A stretch of 35,780 nt of DNA from a virus (lineage: Duplodnaviria; Caudoviricetes), in IMG/VR virus record IMGVR_UViG_3300011339_000552, positions 1-35,780 of that record; one strand, written 5' to 3'. Under the pieces are notes generated by a model. That model had not been told where the DNA came from and searched no databases. It saw only the letters and a list, made by a program, of their open reading frames with translations. This document shows, piece by piece, positions 1 through 9,126 of this stretch (within the stretch, counting starts at the first letter, position 1; every line of letters begins with the position of its first letter). The translations under genes and the position numbers were made by a program.

Positions 1-127
1 TTCTACTTAATGCAGTATTAATATAAACTGCTCCGGTTGCTCCGGTTGCTCCTAAGTGTAAATTATCGCCAAATACACCATCTGTATAAGATGCGTATGT
101 TCCACTTCTACCACCTATAAATACATC
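1..127. repeat. 127-bp exact direct repeat of the window end (circular assembly overlap), copy 1
   Basis: 1-127 is identical to 35654-35780. It lies inside an ORF that reads in frame across the join. Confidence 0.97.
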
Positions 128-3097
128 ACCAATTCTACTTAATACACCTGCACTTAAAGCACCCATTGTAAGACCAGCATTTGCTACTAAAGAAGCATCC
201 GTAAGCCTAAAAGAGCCATCGGTAAGTAACTGCAAAGTATTTCTTAAAGTTCCACCACGATAAAATCCTATAAACGGAGCATCTGTACTAACGTTTTTAA
301 CTTGTATTGAAGGAATAGCCGAACCAACATCAGCAGATACACCACCACTAAACGTAGCACTCGTTCCACTCAATGCACCAGTAAGTGTACCACCAGTTAA
401 AGGTAGGTAAGTAGCAGATGCGCTGCTTGTTGTTAAGTATGTGCTATTGTCATAGCTTATAGTAGTACCACTGATCTTGACAAATCCGGTGCCGTTAAGC
501 GCCGCTTGCTTGCCGTTAAATGTATTCCAATCTGTGCTAGTTAAAGCACCAGTTGTACTTGTACTTGCAGCCGCTAAACTTAAAGCTTGCGTGCTTAAGC
601 TTAGACCATTTGCCGTGCCTATTGTAACTGCTGCGTGTCTTGCTGCCGTGTTAGCCGCTACGTTTGCATTGGCATTTACTCTAGCCTCTGTATAATAAAG
701 ATTTGTACCCTCTGTTAAATTTGTTGTACTCTTGCCGCTAAACGCAGTATCAAATCTTGCTTGAGTATAATAAAGATTTGTACCCTCTGTTAAATTTGTT
801 GTACTCTTAGCACTAAATGCAGTGTCAAATCTGCCTTGTGTGTAATAAAGATTTGTACCCTCTGTCACTTGTGTTGTAGTATAATCACCACTTGCAGCAA
901 CTACTGCACCAGTGCGTCCAAAGACTGAACTTACACCGGTAACCAATCCACTCACATTGCCGTTTAATTTTTGAATAGCTTGCAAGATCGTATCAGTTGC
1001 AGCTACTACACCAGCACCGCTTGTGTAACCAGTAAGTGTTGATCCTATGCCTCTAGCATTTGTAAAGTATAAATTTGATCCCTCTGTGATATTGCTAGTT
1101 GTTAAACTAACTGCACCAACCTCACCATTGACACTTGTCACTGCATCGGTAGTATCTACCTTTTGCCATTTAACTCCGTCAAATATTGCCCAATCACCTA
1201 CATGCCACTCAGCTACTCCGTCAAGATTTGTAGTACCAGATACATCTGTGATGTAATAAAATCCTTTTGATCCTACACCGCTAGTTAAAGTTGGAGTATT
1301 TGTAGCTGCATTCCAAGTGCCTTTGTATATTGATCCACCTATTAAGCCATTAACTTGATTTTGTAATTTACCAAAAGCAGTCAAGATGCTATCTGTGTCT
1401 GCAATTGATCCGCCAGTAATATTTACACCACTCAAAATCTTACCAGTCACCGCGCTATTAACAAGACTAGGATTTGCATAAGTACCACTCAACTCACCGC
1501 CAGCAGCAATGCCGCTTATAGTTGTTAAGTAAGTATTATTGTCATAGCTTATAGTAGTGCCGCTTATTTTAACAAAGCCAGTGCCATTTAAAGCATCTTG
1601 CTTGTTGTTAAATGTATTCCAATCTGTGCTGCTTAAATATCCGTTTGCAGCACCGCCAGCTTGGCTTATGCTTACCACGCCACTGCTTACACTGATCGGA
1701 GCCGTGCCAGTAATAGCCGCTCTTGCTCTTGCATCTGTATAATAAAGATTTGTACCCTCTGCAACCGCCGTTGTATTTAAAGTCTGGAATGTTTTATCAC
1801 CTCTGTAATATTGCGCAGTTGTACCAGCAGCGATCAATGGCTGCTTGCCATTAAATGTACTCCAATCTGTGCTGCTTAAATAACCATCTGTGCTTGCGCT
1901 AGATTGTGTGATCGCAAAAGTCCTATTTGCACTAAGATCACCGCCACCAGTTAAAGGCGCAGTTGTGCTTATTGTCCTAGCACTTGTCACTGGAGTATAT
2001 CCAAGCAAAGTGCCTATCGTTGCAGATTTCCATAAGTTAGTAGCCGTGTCTCTATAAAGCACACCCTTGTCAATATATGGTGTAGCTGCCACATCGTGCA
2101 ACTCTTCTAATTCATAGCCATTTTGAATCTTAGCATAAATCTTGCCATGTTGAGAGTGTGCATATTCTACATAACCAACTGCAACCATGTGTTGCGGAGC
2201 CGTTGGCTTTACATTTGTAATTCTACCAGCAGTTGTTGGACTTAAATAAAGCACATCACCATCTGCCCAAGTCTCACCTTGTAGTGATCCAGTAGTATTT
2301 ATTTCTTTAACTTGTCCTAATATTGTGATAAATCCTTCTTGATTATTTTGTATTGTCTCAGTCACAATACCAATAGTGTCTGTGCTATTTGCGTCATTAT
2401 TTGCTTGCGCTAATTGCACCGCCACTCTTTGACCTTGTGCTGAACTAATACGCACCACTTGATAGTTGGCCTCTAATAAATCAGCGCCAGTCTTATTTAC
2501 AACTCTAGCAACTACCTCTTGCCCTATCTGCAAAGTTACGTTGCCGCCTTTTAAGCCTAGGTCTAGTGTGCCGTCTGTATTATTCCATCTAAGCACACCA
2601 ACACCAGCAGTGCCGGTAGGTGTTTGATCAAATGTAACTTGTCCAGCACTTAATTGATACTCACCTAAACTCACATTTCCAGTTGCACCAGTGTAAGGTA
2701 CTTTTGCATCAAGCATAGCTTGTGTTGGGATAAGATAGCCATTTGCAAGACTAAAGATACCACTTGCGCTTGAGTACTCAAGTCCAGTGATATTCTCACT
2801 GATCGCCGCTCTTGATCTAGCATTTGTGTAATAAAGATTTGTACCTTCTGTTAAATCAGTTGTTGTCTTATTACCAAAAGCAGTATTGAATCTTGCTTGA
2901 GTATAATAAAGATTTGTACCTTCACCCACTATGCTAGTTGTGTAGTCACCAGCTTGTCCTACTACGTTGCCCACTCTGCCAAACACACTAAATACATTGC
3001 TTGGCAATGGGTATGCGCCATTCTGCGTTACTACATTAACAACCGCCTCAGTGACATTTATTTCTATGATCTCGTCCGTTACATTTATTATTTCCAT
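1..3097 (-). CDS. Long tail fibre / receptor-binding protein, N-terminal part (continues across the circular join to 34782; 1322 aa in total)
   Basis: ATG at 3097 reads MEIINVTDEIIEINVTEAVVNVVTQNGAYPLPSNVFSVFGRVGNVVGQAGDYTTS. The product is Gly/Thr/Ser-rich with seven EG(T/S)NLY(Y/F)T repeats. 3097+872 nt = 3969 nt = 1323 codons, in frame with 34782..35564. Not in the ORF track because it runs off the window edge. Confidence 0.9.
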   Translation of the reverse strand, partial: MEIINVTDEIIEINVTEAVVNVVTQNGAYPLPSNVFSVFGRVGNVVGQAGDYTTSIVGEGTNLYYTQARFNTAFGNKTTTDLTEGTNLYYTNARSRAAISENITGLEYSSASGIFSLANGYLIPTQAMLDAKVPYTGATGNVSLGEYQLSAGQVTFDQTPTGTAGVGVLRWNNTDGTLDLGLKGGNVTLQIGQEVVARVVNKTGADLLEANYQVVRISSAQGQRVAVQLAQANNDANSTDTIGIVTETIQNNQEGFITILGQVKEINTTGSLQGETWADGDVLYLSPTTAGRITNVKPTAPQHMVAVGYVEYAHSQHGKIYAKIQNGYELEELHDVAATPYIDKGVLYRDTATNLWKSATIGTLLGYTPVTSARTISTTAPLTGGGDLSANRTFAITQSSASTDGYLSSTDWSTFNGKQPLIAAGTTAQYYRGDKTFQTLNTTAVAEGTNLYYTDARARAAITGTAPISVSSGVVSISQAGGAANGYLSSTDWNTFNNKQDALNGTGFVKISGTTISYDNNTYLTTISGIAAGGELSGTYANPSLVNSAVTGKILSGVNITGGSIADTDSILTAFGKLQNQVNGLIGGSIYKGTWNAATNTPTLTSGVGSKGFYYITDVSGTTNLDGVAEWHVGDWAIFDGVKWQKVDTTDAVTSVNGEVGAVSLTTSNITEGSNLYFTNARGIGSTLTGYTSGAGVVAATDTILQAIQKLNGNVSGLVTGVSSVFGRTGAVVAASGDYTTTQVTEGTNLYYTQGRFDTAFSAKSTTNLTEGTNLYYTQARFDTAFSGKSTTNLTEGTNLYYTEARVNANANVAANTAARHAAVTIGTANGLSLSTQALSLAAASTSTTGALTSTDWNTFNGKQAALNGTGFVKISGTTISYDNSTYLTTSSASATYLPLTGGTLTGALSGTSATFSGGVSADVGSAIPSIQVKNVSTDAPFIGFYRGGTLRNTLQLLTDGSFRLTDASLVANAGLTMGALSAGVLSRIGDVFIGGRSGTYASYTDGVFGDNLHLGATGATGAVYINTALSR
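690..2925 (-). repeat. Seven dispersed EG(T/S)NLY(Y/F)T coding repeats in the tail fibre
   Basis: taataaagatttgtacc(c/t)tc near 693, 768, 843, 1740, 2829 and 2904, with a variant near 1066. STDW(N/S)TFN(G/N)KQ also recurs three times and GTGFVKISGTTISYDN twice. Confidence 0.85.
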
Positions 3098-3100
3098 TTT

Positions 3101-3469
3101 TTATACTTTAGATATGTCCTCAGTTACAATAAAATTACCCCAAAGATATGTCTTGACCTCGCCGCTAGGGAATGTCACATTCATATCATAGACATAAGTG
3201 CCAGCAGCTACATCTACAATTTTGTTTAAAGTAATTTGATTACGATTTATACCTCCAATGCTTATGCTACTATTGCTAGTAGATAAAGTCAAAGCCACCA
3301 CGCTACTTGCTGGTGTCGGTCTTACTTGTATTAAAATAGTGCAACCGCTCAAGTCAATAGGCGTAGTGTCTGCTAATAAAGCAAAGGTCTGCGCCCAGCT
3401 ATCATTGCGCCAAATCTTTACATTGTATTGCGCCGGTCTTAAATCAGCGCTTGTAGAATTACAACTCAT
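3101..3469 (-). CDS. Virion structural protein, possible fibre-attachment/baseplate (BppU-like) domain
   Basis: 122 aa beta-rich protein (PIDLSGCTILIQVR...GTYVYDMNVTFPSGEVKTYLWG) directly upstream of the tail fibre. Confidence 0.55.
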   Translation of the reverse strand: MSCNSTSADLRPAQYNVKIWRNDSWAQTFALLADTTPIDLSGCTILIQVRPTPASSVVALTLSTSNSSISIGGINRNQITLNKIVDVAAGTYVYDMNVTFPSGEVKTYLWGNFIVTEDISKV

Positions 3470-3474
3470 TTTTA

Positions 3475-3912
3475 TTATGGGTTTAATGGTATATCACAAG
3501 CATCATAATCGGAATAAGTAGTCATGTTAAAGCTTACCTCAACACCACTTAAATAGTCCTCAAACTTATCTAGTATTAAATTATATGTTATATTGTCATC
3601 AATCTGCCAATCGTTTGCGCCATTCCTTAGCTTGCTTATGATGTCAGCGCATATTTGCAACTGATCACTAGTTACATCTTGCTCAAACTCACCCTCAACT
3701 CCGGCCTTATCCAAAAACCATAAAGTGATATTATACACTTGCTCACGGCCTACGTTAAGTGATCCATTGTTAATTGCCAAGCAAGCAATAGGAAATACTG
3801 GCTGGCTATCTGCGAAGAGCCACTCTCTTGGCGTTGCATTCTTGATGCTTTTTATCATCGCATGCGTTGCCAGTATTGCTTTTAGTTCCTTTATTACTTG
3901 ATTGTATGTCAT
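3475..3912 (-). CDS. Putative tail terminator / tail completion protein
   Basis: 145 aa acidic protein following the adaptor; size and position fit. Confidence 0.55.
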   Translation of the reverse strand: MTYNQVIKELKAILATHAMIKSIKNATPREWLFADSQPVFPIACLAINNGSLNVGREQVYNITLWFLDKAGVEGEFEQDVTSDQLQICADIISKLRNGANDWQIDDNITYNLILDKFEDYLSGVEVSFNMTTYSDYDACDIPLNP

Positions 3913-3947
3913 TAAATTTCATTTTTACTCGCTCAACAAACTCGCGT

Positions 3948-4538
3948 TTATAACTGCGTATCTTCATAAGGATTGTTAAAATTATATGGCAAATCTAAAT
4001 TGCTAACTTTGCGTCTGCTACCTCTTCTGCCTAAAAATATAGGCGATGTGTAAGCTTGTATCTGTGGTGCAATAGCATCAAAGCCGTCACCATATTGTAA
4101 GTATTGCTCAAACATGGTGCTATTCTCTCTTAAATAGTCAATTAATCTTTGCTTGTAAAATTCGCCATTGCTCATGTACTTGCGCTCTAATAACTCAAGC
4201 TGGCCCTTAGATGGGTTGTTGCTCTCTTCTGCACCTTTCTGCAACACGCCTTTGCTAAAGAATTGAAAGCTGGTGCTTACCACCATCTCGCCAATTGTAA
4301 ACCAAAGCAAAGTATCTGTGATGTAATTATCAAGCAAGTTTTTTTCGTCTTGGCTTAAGTTGCCTATGTCGATGCCTTCTTGCAATCTTTTATAAAGGCC
4401 AGATCCTAAAGCCGGCAATATAAATTTATCTTGAGCAAGCTTGATCACTGGCAAGATTTGCTTGCCATCAATCGCGTCACTTATAGCGGTGCGACTTTTG
4501 ACAAGTGATTCTGTTATAAAAAGTATGTTTAAACTCAT
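3948..4538 (-). CDS. Putative head-tail adaptor / connector
   Basis: 196 aa helical protein immediately downstream of the portal. Confidence 0.55.
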   Translation of the reverse strand: MSLNILFITESLVKSRTAISDAIDGKQILPVIKLAQDKFILPALGSGLYKRLQEGIDIGNLSQDEKNLLDNYITDTLLWFTIGEMVVSTSFQFFSKGVLQKGAEESNNPSKGQLELLERKYMSNGEFYKQRLIDYLRENSTMFEQYLQYGDGFDAIAPQIQAYTSPIFLGRRGSRRKVSNLDLPYNFNNPYEDTQL

Positions 4539-4541
4539 TTT

Positions 4542-6515
4542 TTATTTTTTTCTAGTTACTATTTTAACTTGCCATCTATGTCTGCAATATGGTCTGTGGT
4601 TGCCATTTGGCTCCGTAAACCATCCGCCTCTGCGATCCCAAACTGAATAACCTAAACGCTCACTAATATTCTCTATGTCTGCACGGCTCCAAAGTTTAGT
4701 TTTAGCCAGTTGCAACATTCTTGCACAAAATGGTCTATTCTTACTATCCTCTGGCCCAGAGTAAGTATATCTAAGCAACACCTCGGTCTTAGTTGCTTTG
4801 TCACCGCCCGGAATCTTTTTAAGTGGCTCTGTTAATTTTCTTACAACCGGTGTATAATTAGGGGCTAAAATACTTACCTCCAAACCGGTTTGGACTAAGT
4901 ACCCCTCAAGCTTTAGCGCCTCAAGCGCATTATCTATTTGCTCAACACTTTTATTTAAAACCTTGGCCATGACCTCTGGTGTCACACGCTTATCTTTACT
5001 GATCAAATCAAGGACATTTGCTTTAAGCACATTGATCTCTTCATCTGCAAAAGCCTCGTAATTCTTAGCGTCATGTGTCTCTATAACCTCAAAATCTTCT
5101 ACACTATCACCACATGCTGCAAACTCATTCAATAGCAAATCATCTTGCATAGATGCAAAAGCTTGCTCTGTTGCTGGATCATCGTCCACACCTAAAAACG
5201 TGTCAACATCTGCGTCTGTGAATCCAAATCCACTCTTTAACATTAACGCTGCTTGTGCTTTGTTAATCTTACCAGATCCGAATTGACGCACAATGCGCAT
5301 CACGTTTTGGTGTTGGCGACCGCTTAAGTTAGTCAAAGTTGCGTTTGCTTGTACTGGTTGTGTTGTCACACCACTAGCGTCAACTGCCGCTACTTGCAAG
5401 CCTAATTTCTCACGGATTTCATCTCTTGTCATGTTAGCTGACATCACTGCCTCGCTAAATTCAAAGCTTAACGGCTCAACTGGTACGATTTTAAACTCAC
5501 CCTCAATACCAGATAAGTTCATTAATTTAGTGAATGTTTGCTCATGCTCTTGCTGGCGCTCATTCACATAAGTATTTTGGAATATTTGGTATGCATCGCG
5601 AATCTCACTTCTACCACCTAATTGGCCCTCTGTCTTGATACCAAATAGCATCGGACTTGTAACTTGATGACAAGAGAAAATCTCTTGCATGATCAAATTA
5701 TTGACATTGGTAAAATCTTCTTTTGTTAAGCTTGTCTCACCTAAGTTCACAATGTCAACTGCATTCTCTTTAGATGGGTTAAATGCAATCACTACGCGAT
5801 CGCCGTCATGGTTTGCAAACTTACGTTTTAAGTCTGTCTCAACCTCTTCTTGCTCCTCTTCTTGAGGTAGGCCGTTATTAAAGTTGATCAATTTAGTAGC
5901 TACAAAGTTGTGCTTTGCATTGCCTAAAATGTGTCTGCTTACTTGAATGTCACTCTCAATATAGTTCAAGCCTTGGAAATAACTAGGCAAAGGATATACA
6001 TCGCTTTTAGGGTTGTATTGCTTTACAAAGAATATTTGTGGGCCACTAGGATCGTTTGGATTGAATGCTGGGTACTCTCTAGCTTTCTCTTTAAAGTCGC
6101 TAGCAGTCCAGTCATTCTTAACATAGAATGTTTTTAAGTCTTTGCTTACTCTTACTTTTTGAAACTCAATATGAAATACATCTTTGATCTTACCCAAAGC
6201 ATTATAAATGATTTGTAAGTAGTAGCCACCTTGCAACTCATCATCTAAGATTGAGCGCTTCATGATTTGATTCCAAGTCTCGCCTTGTGAATTGGCTTTT
6301 TGTTCTACACCTTCAAAGCCTTTGCCAAAAATGTAGTTTACTTTGCCTTTAACAATTGCTCCGTGTTTAGGTGACTCACCATACAACTCAATTAAGTAGT
6401 TTGGGTAATTGTTTTTAGCACCAAACTCAACATAATTTTTGCCTTTTTTCTCTTCAAATCTAGGCTGCTGCGCTTGATCAAACTGAATGTTTATTAATTG
6501 ATATTTATTGCTCAC
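4542..6515 (-). CDS. Portal protein with C-terminal extension (HTH-like segment and MuF-like Cys motif)
   Basis: Portal-like motifs FGAKNNYPNYLIELYGESPKHGAIVKGK, YPLPSY and HQVTSPMLFGIKTEGQLG. The likely start is GTG at 6515, overlapping the upstream stop (the track starts at 6581). C-terminus RPFCARML...RPYCRHRW. Confidence 0.85.
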   Translation of the reverse strand: MSNKYQLINIQFDQAQQPRFEEKKGKNYVEFGAKNNYPNYLIELYGESPKHGAIVKGKVNYIFGKGFEGVEQKANSQGETWNQIMKRSILDDELQGGYYLQIIYNALGKIKDVFHIEFQKVRVSKDLKTFYVKNDWTASDFKEKAREYPAFNPNDPSGPQIFFVKQYNPKSDVYPLPSYFQGLNYIESDIQVSRHILGNAKHNFVATKLINFNNGLPQEEEQEEVETDLKRKFANHDGDRVVIAFNPSKENAVDIVNLGETSLTKEDFTNVNNLIMQEIFSCHQVTSPMLFGIKTEGQLGGRSEIRDAYQIFQNTYVNERQQEHEQTFTKLMNLSGIEGEFKIVPVEPLSFEFSEAVMSANMTRDEIREKLGLQVAAVDASGVTTQPVQANATLTNLSGRQHQNVMRIVRQFGSGKINKAQAALMLKSGFGFTDADVDTFLGVDDDPATEQAFASMQDDLLLNEFAACGDSVEDFEVIETHDAKNYEAFADEEINVLKANVLDLISKDKRVTPEVMAKVLNKSVEQIDNALEALKLEGYLVQTGLEVSILAPNYTPVVRKLTEPLKKIPGGDKATKTEVLLRYTYSGPEDSKNRPFCARMLQLAKTKLWSRADIENISERLGYSVWDRRGGWFTEPNGNHRPYCRHRWQVKIVTRKK

Positions 6516-6879
6516 TTGTATAAGTTTTAAATTCGTTATCTTGCTCGTTGTACTCTGGTTGAGGACAATCGGTTTCATCATGTAAATACATAAATCCCTC
6601 TTCTACTATCGCACCGCTCAAACTCTCTTTAGTGTTAGTAGCGCTTGCTTGCTCTCTTATCTTATATCTCCAAGTGCCACTCTCTTTGCAATCAAAAACA
6701 GACTTTGAAACAAGTACCTTTTGATATCTTGCATCTGTGCTTATGTTAGTCCCTACAAAAGTAACACAATTTTCTGTTGCACTTGTGAAAATAAACAAGT
6801 ATTTCGGGTTGGAAATTGTTGCCAATTCTAAGCCGGTAAATATTAAATTATTGTCAATGCCTTTGTATATGTGTAACAT
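6505..6879 (-). CDS. Hypothetical virion protein
   Basis: Start moved to ATG 6879 (MLHIYKG) because the longer track ORF begins inside a terminator hairpin. Lies between the major tail and portal genes. Confidence 0.7.
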   Translation of the reverse strand: MLHIYKGIDNNLIFTGLELATISNPKYLFIFTSATENCVTFVGTNISTDARYQKVLVSKSVFDCKESGTWRYKIREQASATNTKESLSGAIVEEGFMYLHDETDCPQPEYNEQDNEFKTYTSEQ

Positions 6880-6883
6880 GTTA

Positions 6884-6925
6884 TAAAAATTAAATGCCCT
6901 ACCCACACAAAGTAGGTAGGGCATT
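6884..6925 (-). terminator. Probable intrinsic terminator after the major tail gene
   Basis: 11-bp perfect stem aatgccctacc (6893-6903) / ggtagggcatt (6915-6925), followed on the minus strand by TAATTTTT. Confidence 0.7.
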
Positions 6926-6948
6926 ATTAAATACTACTAATGGTAAAA

Positions 6949-7467
6949 TTACCCAGCAGTCTCAAGAGCCGCTCCTACTGATGCAGACACTTGTAAAAAA
7001 TCATCTTTCTCAACACCAGTCAATGTGATGTTGTACCCGTTACGATCGCCGGCAGCAGTACCAGATCCACTTTCAGTAGATGCTAAGTAAAGGCCATTTC
7101 CTTCGCCATACATGCGATAGTTACCATCCATATCTAAAGTAACTGCAACTAGCTTATTTTTAGCTAATGTTCTCACGATGTTTGCAGTTGTAGAATCTCT
7201 TTTATTTAGAGGGAATACTACTTGATGGGTATAAAATACTGATCCATTCTCTTCGGATGCAGTTGCATTTGAACTTGTATTTGCGGTTGCTCTTGGCACC
7301 TCAAATTTATAGAATCTTTTGCCGGTTGCTTTTGTGATACCAGTAACCAATCCGCTAACTTCTGCAACGGATGTGATATTACCGAACTCGGCTAAAAAAA
7401 CGGCTTGTAAGCCTCCGATATTTTCGCGGCAATCAATAGAATATCCGCTTGTTATTGCACATGGCAT
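6949..7467 (-). CDS. Major tail (tube) protein
   Basis: 172 aa; MPCAITSGYSIDC..IGGL, ENGSVFYTHQV and SGTAAGDRNGYNITLTG resemble Bacteroidota-phage tail tube proteins. Follows the capsid gene and precedes a terminator. Confidence 0.75.
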   Translation of the reverse strand: MPCAITSGYSIDCRENIGGLQAVFLAEFGNITSVAEVSGLVTGITKATGKRFYKFEVPRATANTSSNATASEENGSVFYTHQVVFPLNKRDSTTANIVRTLAKNKLVAVTLDMDGNYRMYGEGNGLYLASTESGSGTAAGDRNGYNITLTGVEKDDFLQVSASVGAALETAG

Positions 7468-7480
7468 AATAAAAAAGTTT

Positions 7481-7512
7481 AAAAAAAAGGCGGCGTTTAT
7501 TGCACCGCCTTT
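7481..7512 (-). terminator. Intrinsic terminator after the major capsid gene
   Basis: Minus strand reads AAAGGCGGTGCA-ATAAA-CGCCGCC-TTTTTTTT: a GC stem plus U8. Confidence 0.85.
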
Positions 7513-7530
7513 CTTTGGTTATTTATAAAA

Positions 7531-8490
7531 TTAGATTGCTGACTTGAACTTAACACATAATGTTGTGTAAGCTACGTTCACACCTAATTTGAAAGCTACT
7601 CTATATCTTACTTCATTGTTGTCTTTAGAGTACCAGATCATATAGTTTTCTTCTTCTGCTTCTAAGTCAAACGCCATAGCGATGTTAGACAAAGTTGTTG
7701 CGTAGATGTCACCAGTACCATTTAAACCATTAACCGCTACTAATTCAACATTTGTACCCGGGATCACAAAAGTTTGATTTGCATCACCATCTACTTTGTA
7801 GTTGTAAAGATTTAATGCTTGATAAGCTAAAACTGCTAATCTGTAAACATCATTTCCTACCATTACTTTCAAGTCATCTGCATCAATGATTTCAACTGGG
7901 ATAGCTTTGTAAACCGCATTCAATACGCTTACTACGTTTGCAGCAGTAATTGTAGCGATAGGGCCACCAGATACATAACCAGATACGTTTGCGTCTACTG
8001 GAGATCCAGCATCAATCAACTTAATTAAACCATCAAAGCTTAATAAATTCGGGTTGGTGCTTTGGGTATTTCCTTGCCAGATCGCAACTTCTAATTGCTT
8101 AGCGATCATCTTATTCTTTTGCTCTGTGAACTTAGTTTGAAACTCTGCCCATCCAAAATCTTCGTAAGTAGATCCAGCTTTTAAAGCTTCTTGAGAGAAA
8201 TAAGCTTCAAAATCTTTAGGACAGATTGTCTCTTCGATTTTGATCTTACCAACTACTACCTCTGCTTGAGACAAAGTAGTTGTACCACTTGGATTCCATC
8301 CACAAGAATCTGCTTGGAAATTTGCGTTTGTAGCCAATTTAGGCACTTTAACGCTTGATTTTGTTTTAGGTAATAAGATACCACCAGCCTTGATGTAAGA
8401 CTGAGTCTTTGCAGAGAAAACTGCTTCTGTTAACAATGGAGCAATCTCTTGTTTAGTATATGCTGCAATGTTTGAAAATGCTAATGCCAT
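7531..8490 (-). CDS. Major capsid protein (HK97 fold presumed)
   Basis: 319 aa; follows protease and scaffold and precedes a strong terminator. IAKQLEVAIWQG...FDGLIKL motif is typical of capsid proteins. Confidence 0.88.
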   Translation of the reverse strand: MALAFSNIAAYTKQEIAPLLTEAVFSAKTQSYIKAGGILLPKTKSSVKVPKLATNANFQADSCGWNPSGTTTLSQAEVVVGKIKIEETICPKDFEAYFSQEALKAGSTYEDFGWAEFQTKFTEQKNKMIAKQLEVAIWQGNTQSTNPNLLSFDGLIKLIDAGSPVDANVSGYVSGGPIATITAANVVSVLNAVYKAIPVEIIDADDLKVMVGNDVYRLAVLAYQALNLYNYKVDGDANQTFVIPGTNVELVAVNGLNGTGDIYATTLSNIAMAFDLEAEEENYMIWYSKDNNEVRYRVAFKLGVNVAYTTLCVKFKSAI

Positions 8491-8506
8491 TTTATTTAAT
8501 TTTTAG

Positions 8507-9091
8507 TTATGAACAAATTGATTTTGAAAATTTATCAAACTCTGCTCTAGCGTCTGTTTTAGCTTCTGCAAAGTTGTTGCTTGTTTTAACACCAGCATCC
8601 GGTGCAGATTGAGGCGCTTCAACCAACATCTTGCTGATCTGCATTAAGCCTTCAATCACTTTGTTTGCTTGGCCTAATTTAGCCTCATATTGTGCAAACT
8701 TGTTTTCGTATGCGCTGAATTTTTCGTTTGTTGCAGATTCAAAAGCAGCAAATTTTGCGCTCATATCTTCAACTGCTGGTACTTCAACTTCTACTGATAC
8801 CTCATCTTCTTTTTTTGGCTTGATTTCCATGATCGCTCCATTATCGCCTAAGACAATAACTTCACCGCTTTCAAGTTCATGCTCACCTACTGGTGCTGGT
8901 ACTCCAGCAATTGTTACAATACCACCAACTGCTAACTCAGTAACTTCAACAATAGTGCCGTCTTTTAATTTGGCTTCCATCATTTTAACTTCTGCTTTAG
9001 GCTCGCCGCTTGGCATTGGCATATCTTCATTGTTCACTAATTCAGCGAAAAACAAAGATACTTTCTCTAGAATGTTTTGTGCGTCTTTCAT
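8507..9091 (-). CDS. Putative capsid scaffolding protein
   Basis: 194 aa acidic protein with PAPVGEHELESG motif and C-terminal coiled coil, between protease and capsid genes. Confidence 0.7.
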   Translation of the reverse strand: MKDAQNILEKVSLFFAELVNNEDMPMPSGEPKAEVKMMEAKLKDGTIVEVTELAVGGIVTIAGVPAPVGEHELESGEVIVLGDNGAIMEIKPKKEDEVSVEVEVPAVEDMSAKFAAFESATNEKFSAYENKFAQYEAKLGQANKVIEGLMQISKMLVEAPQSAPDAGVKTSNNFAEAKTDARAEFDKFSKSICS

Positions 9092-9126
9092 ACTTTATAT
9101 ATATTATTTAATTGATAAAGGTACTT
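9092..9126 (-). promoter_or_regulatory. Candidate late promoter, copy 1
   Basis: AAGTACC-N16-TATATATAAAGT-ATG upstream of the scaffold gene. Confidence 0.6.

Noticed and set aside
1-127. Biological direct terminal repeat
   Set aside because: It is exactly 127 nt, a common assembler k-mer size, and lies mid-gene. It is best read as circular assembly overlap, not a physical terminus.
690-870. Regularly spaced 75-nt repeats resembling a CRISPR array
   Set aside because: They are in-frame EGTNLYYT coding repeats, the intervening sequences are similar to each other, and there are no cas genes.
430-2925. Diversity-generating retroelement TR/VR pair in the tail fibre
   Set aside because: No reverse transcriptase gene is present, both copies of each repeat are coding, and the differences are not adenine-specific.
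477-3521. Plus-strand ORFs 477-695, 1047-1256, 1557-1742, 2897-3229, 2967-3191 and 3258-3521
   Set aside because: Antisense shadows of the minus-strand tail fibre and its neighbour, with non-ATG starts or no recognisable motifs.
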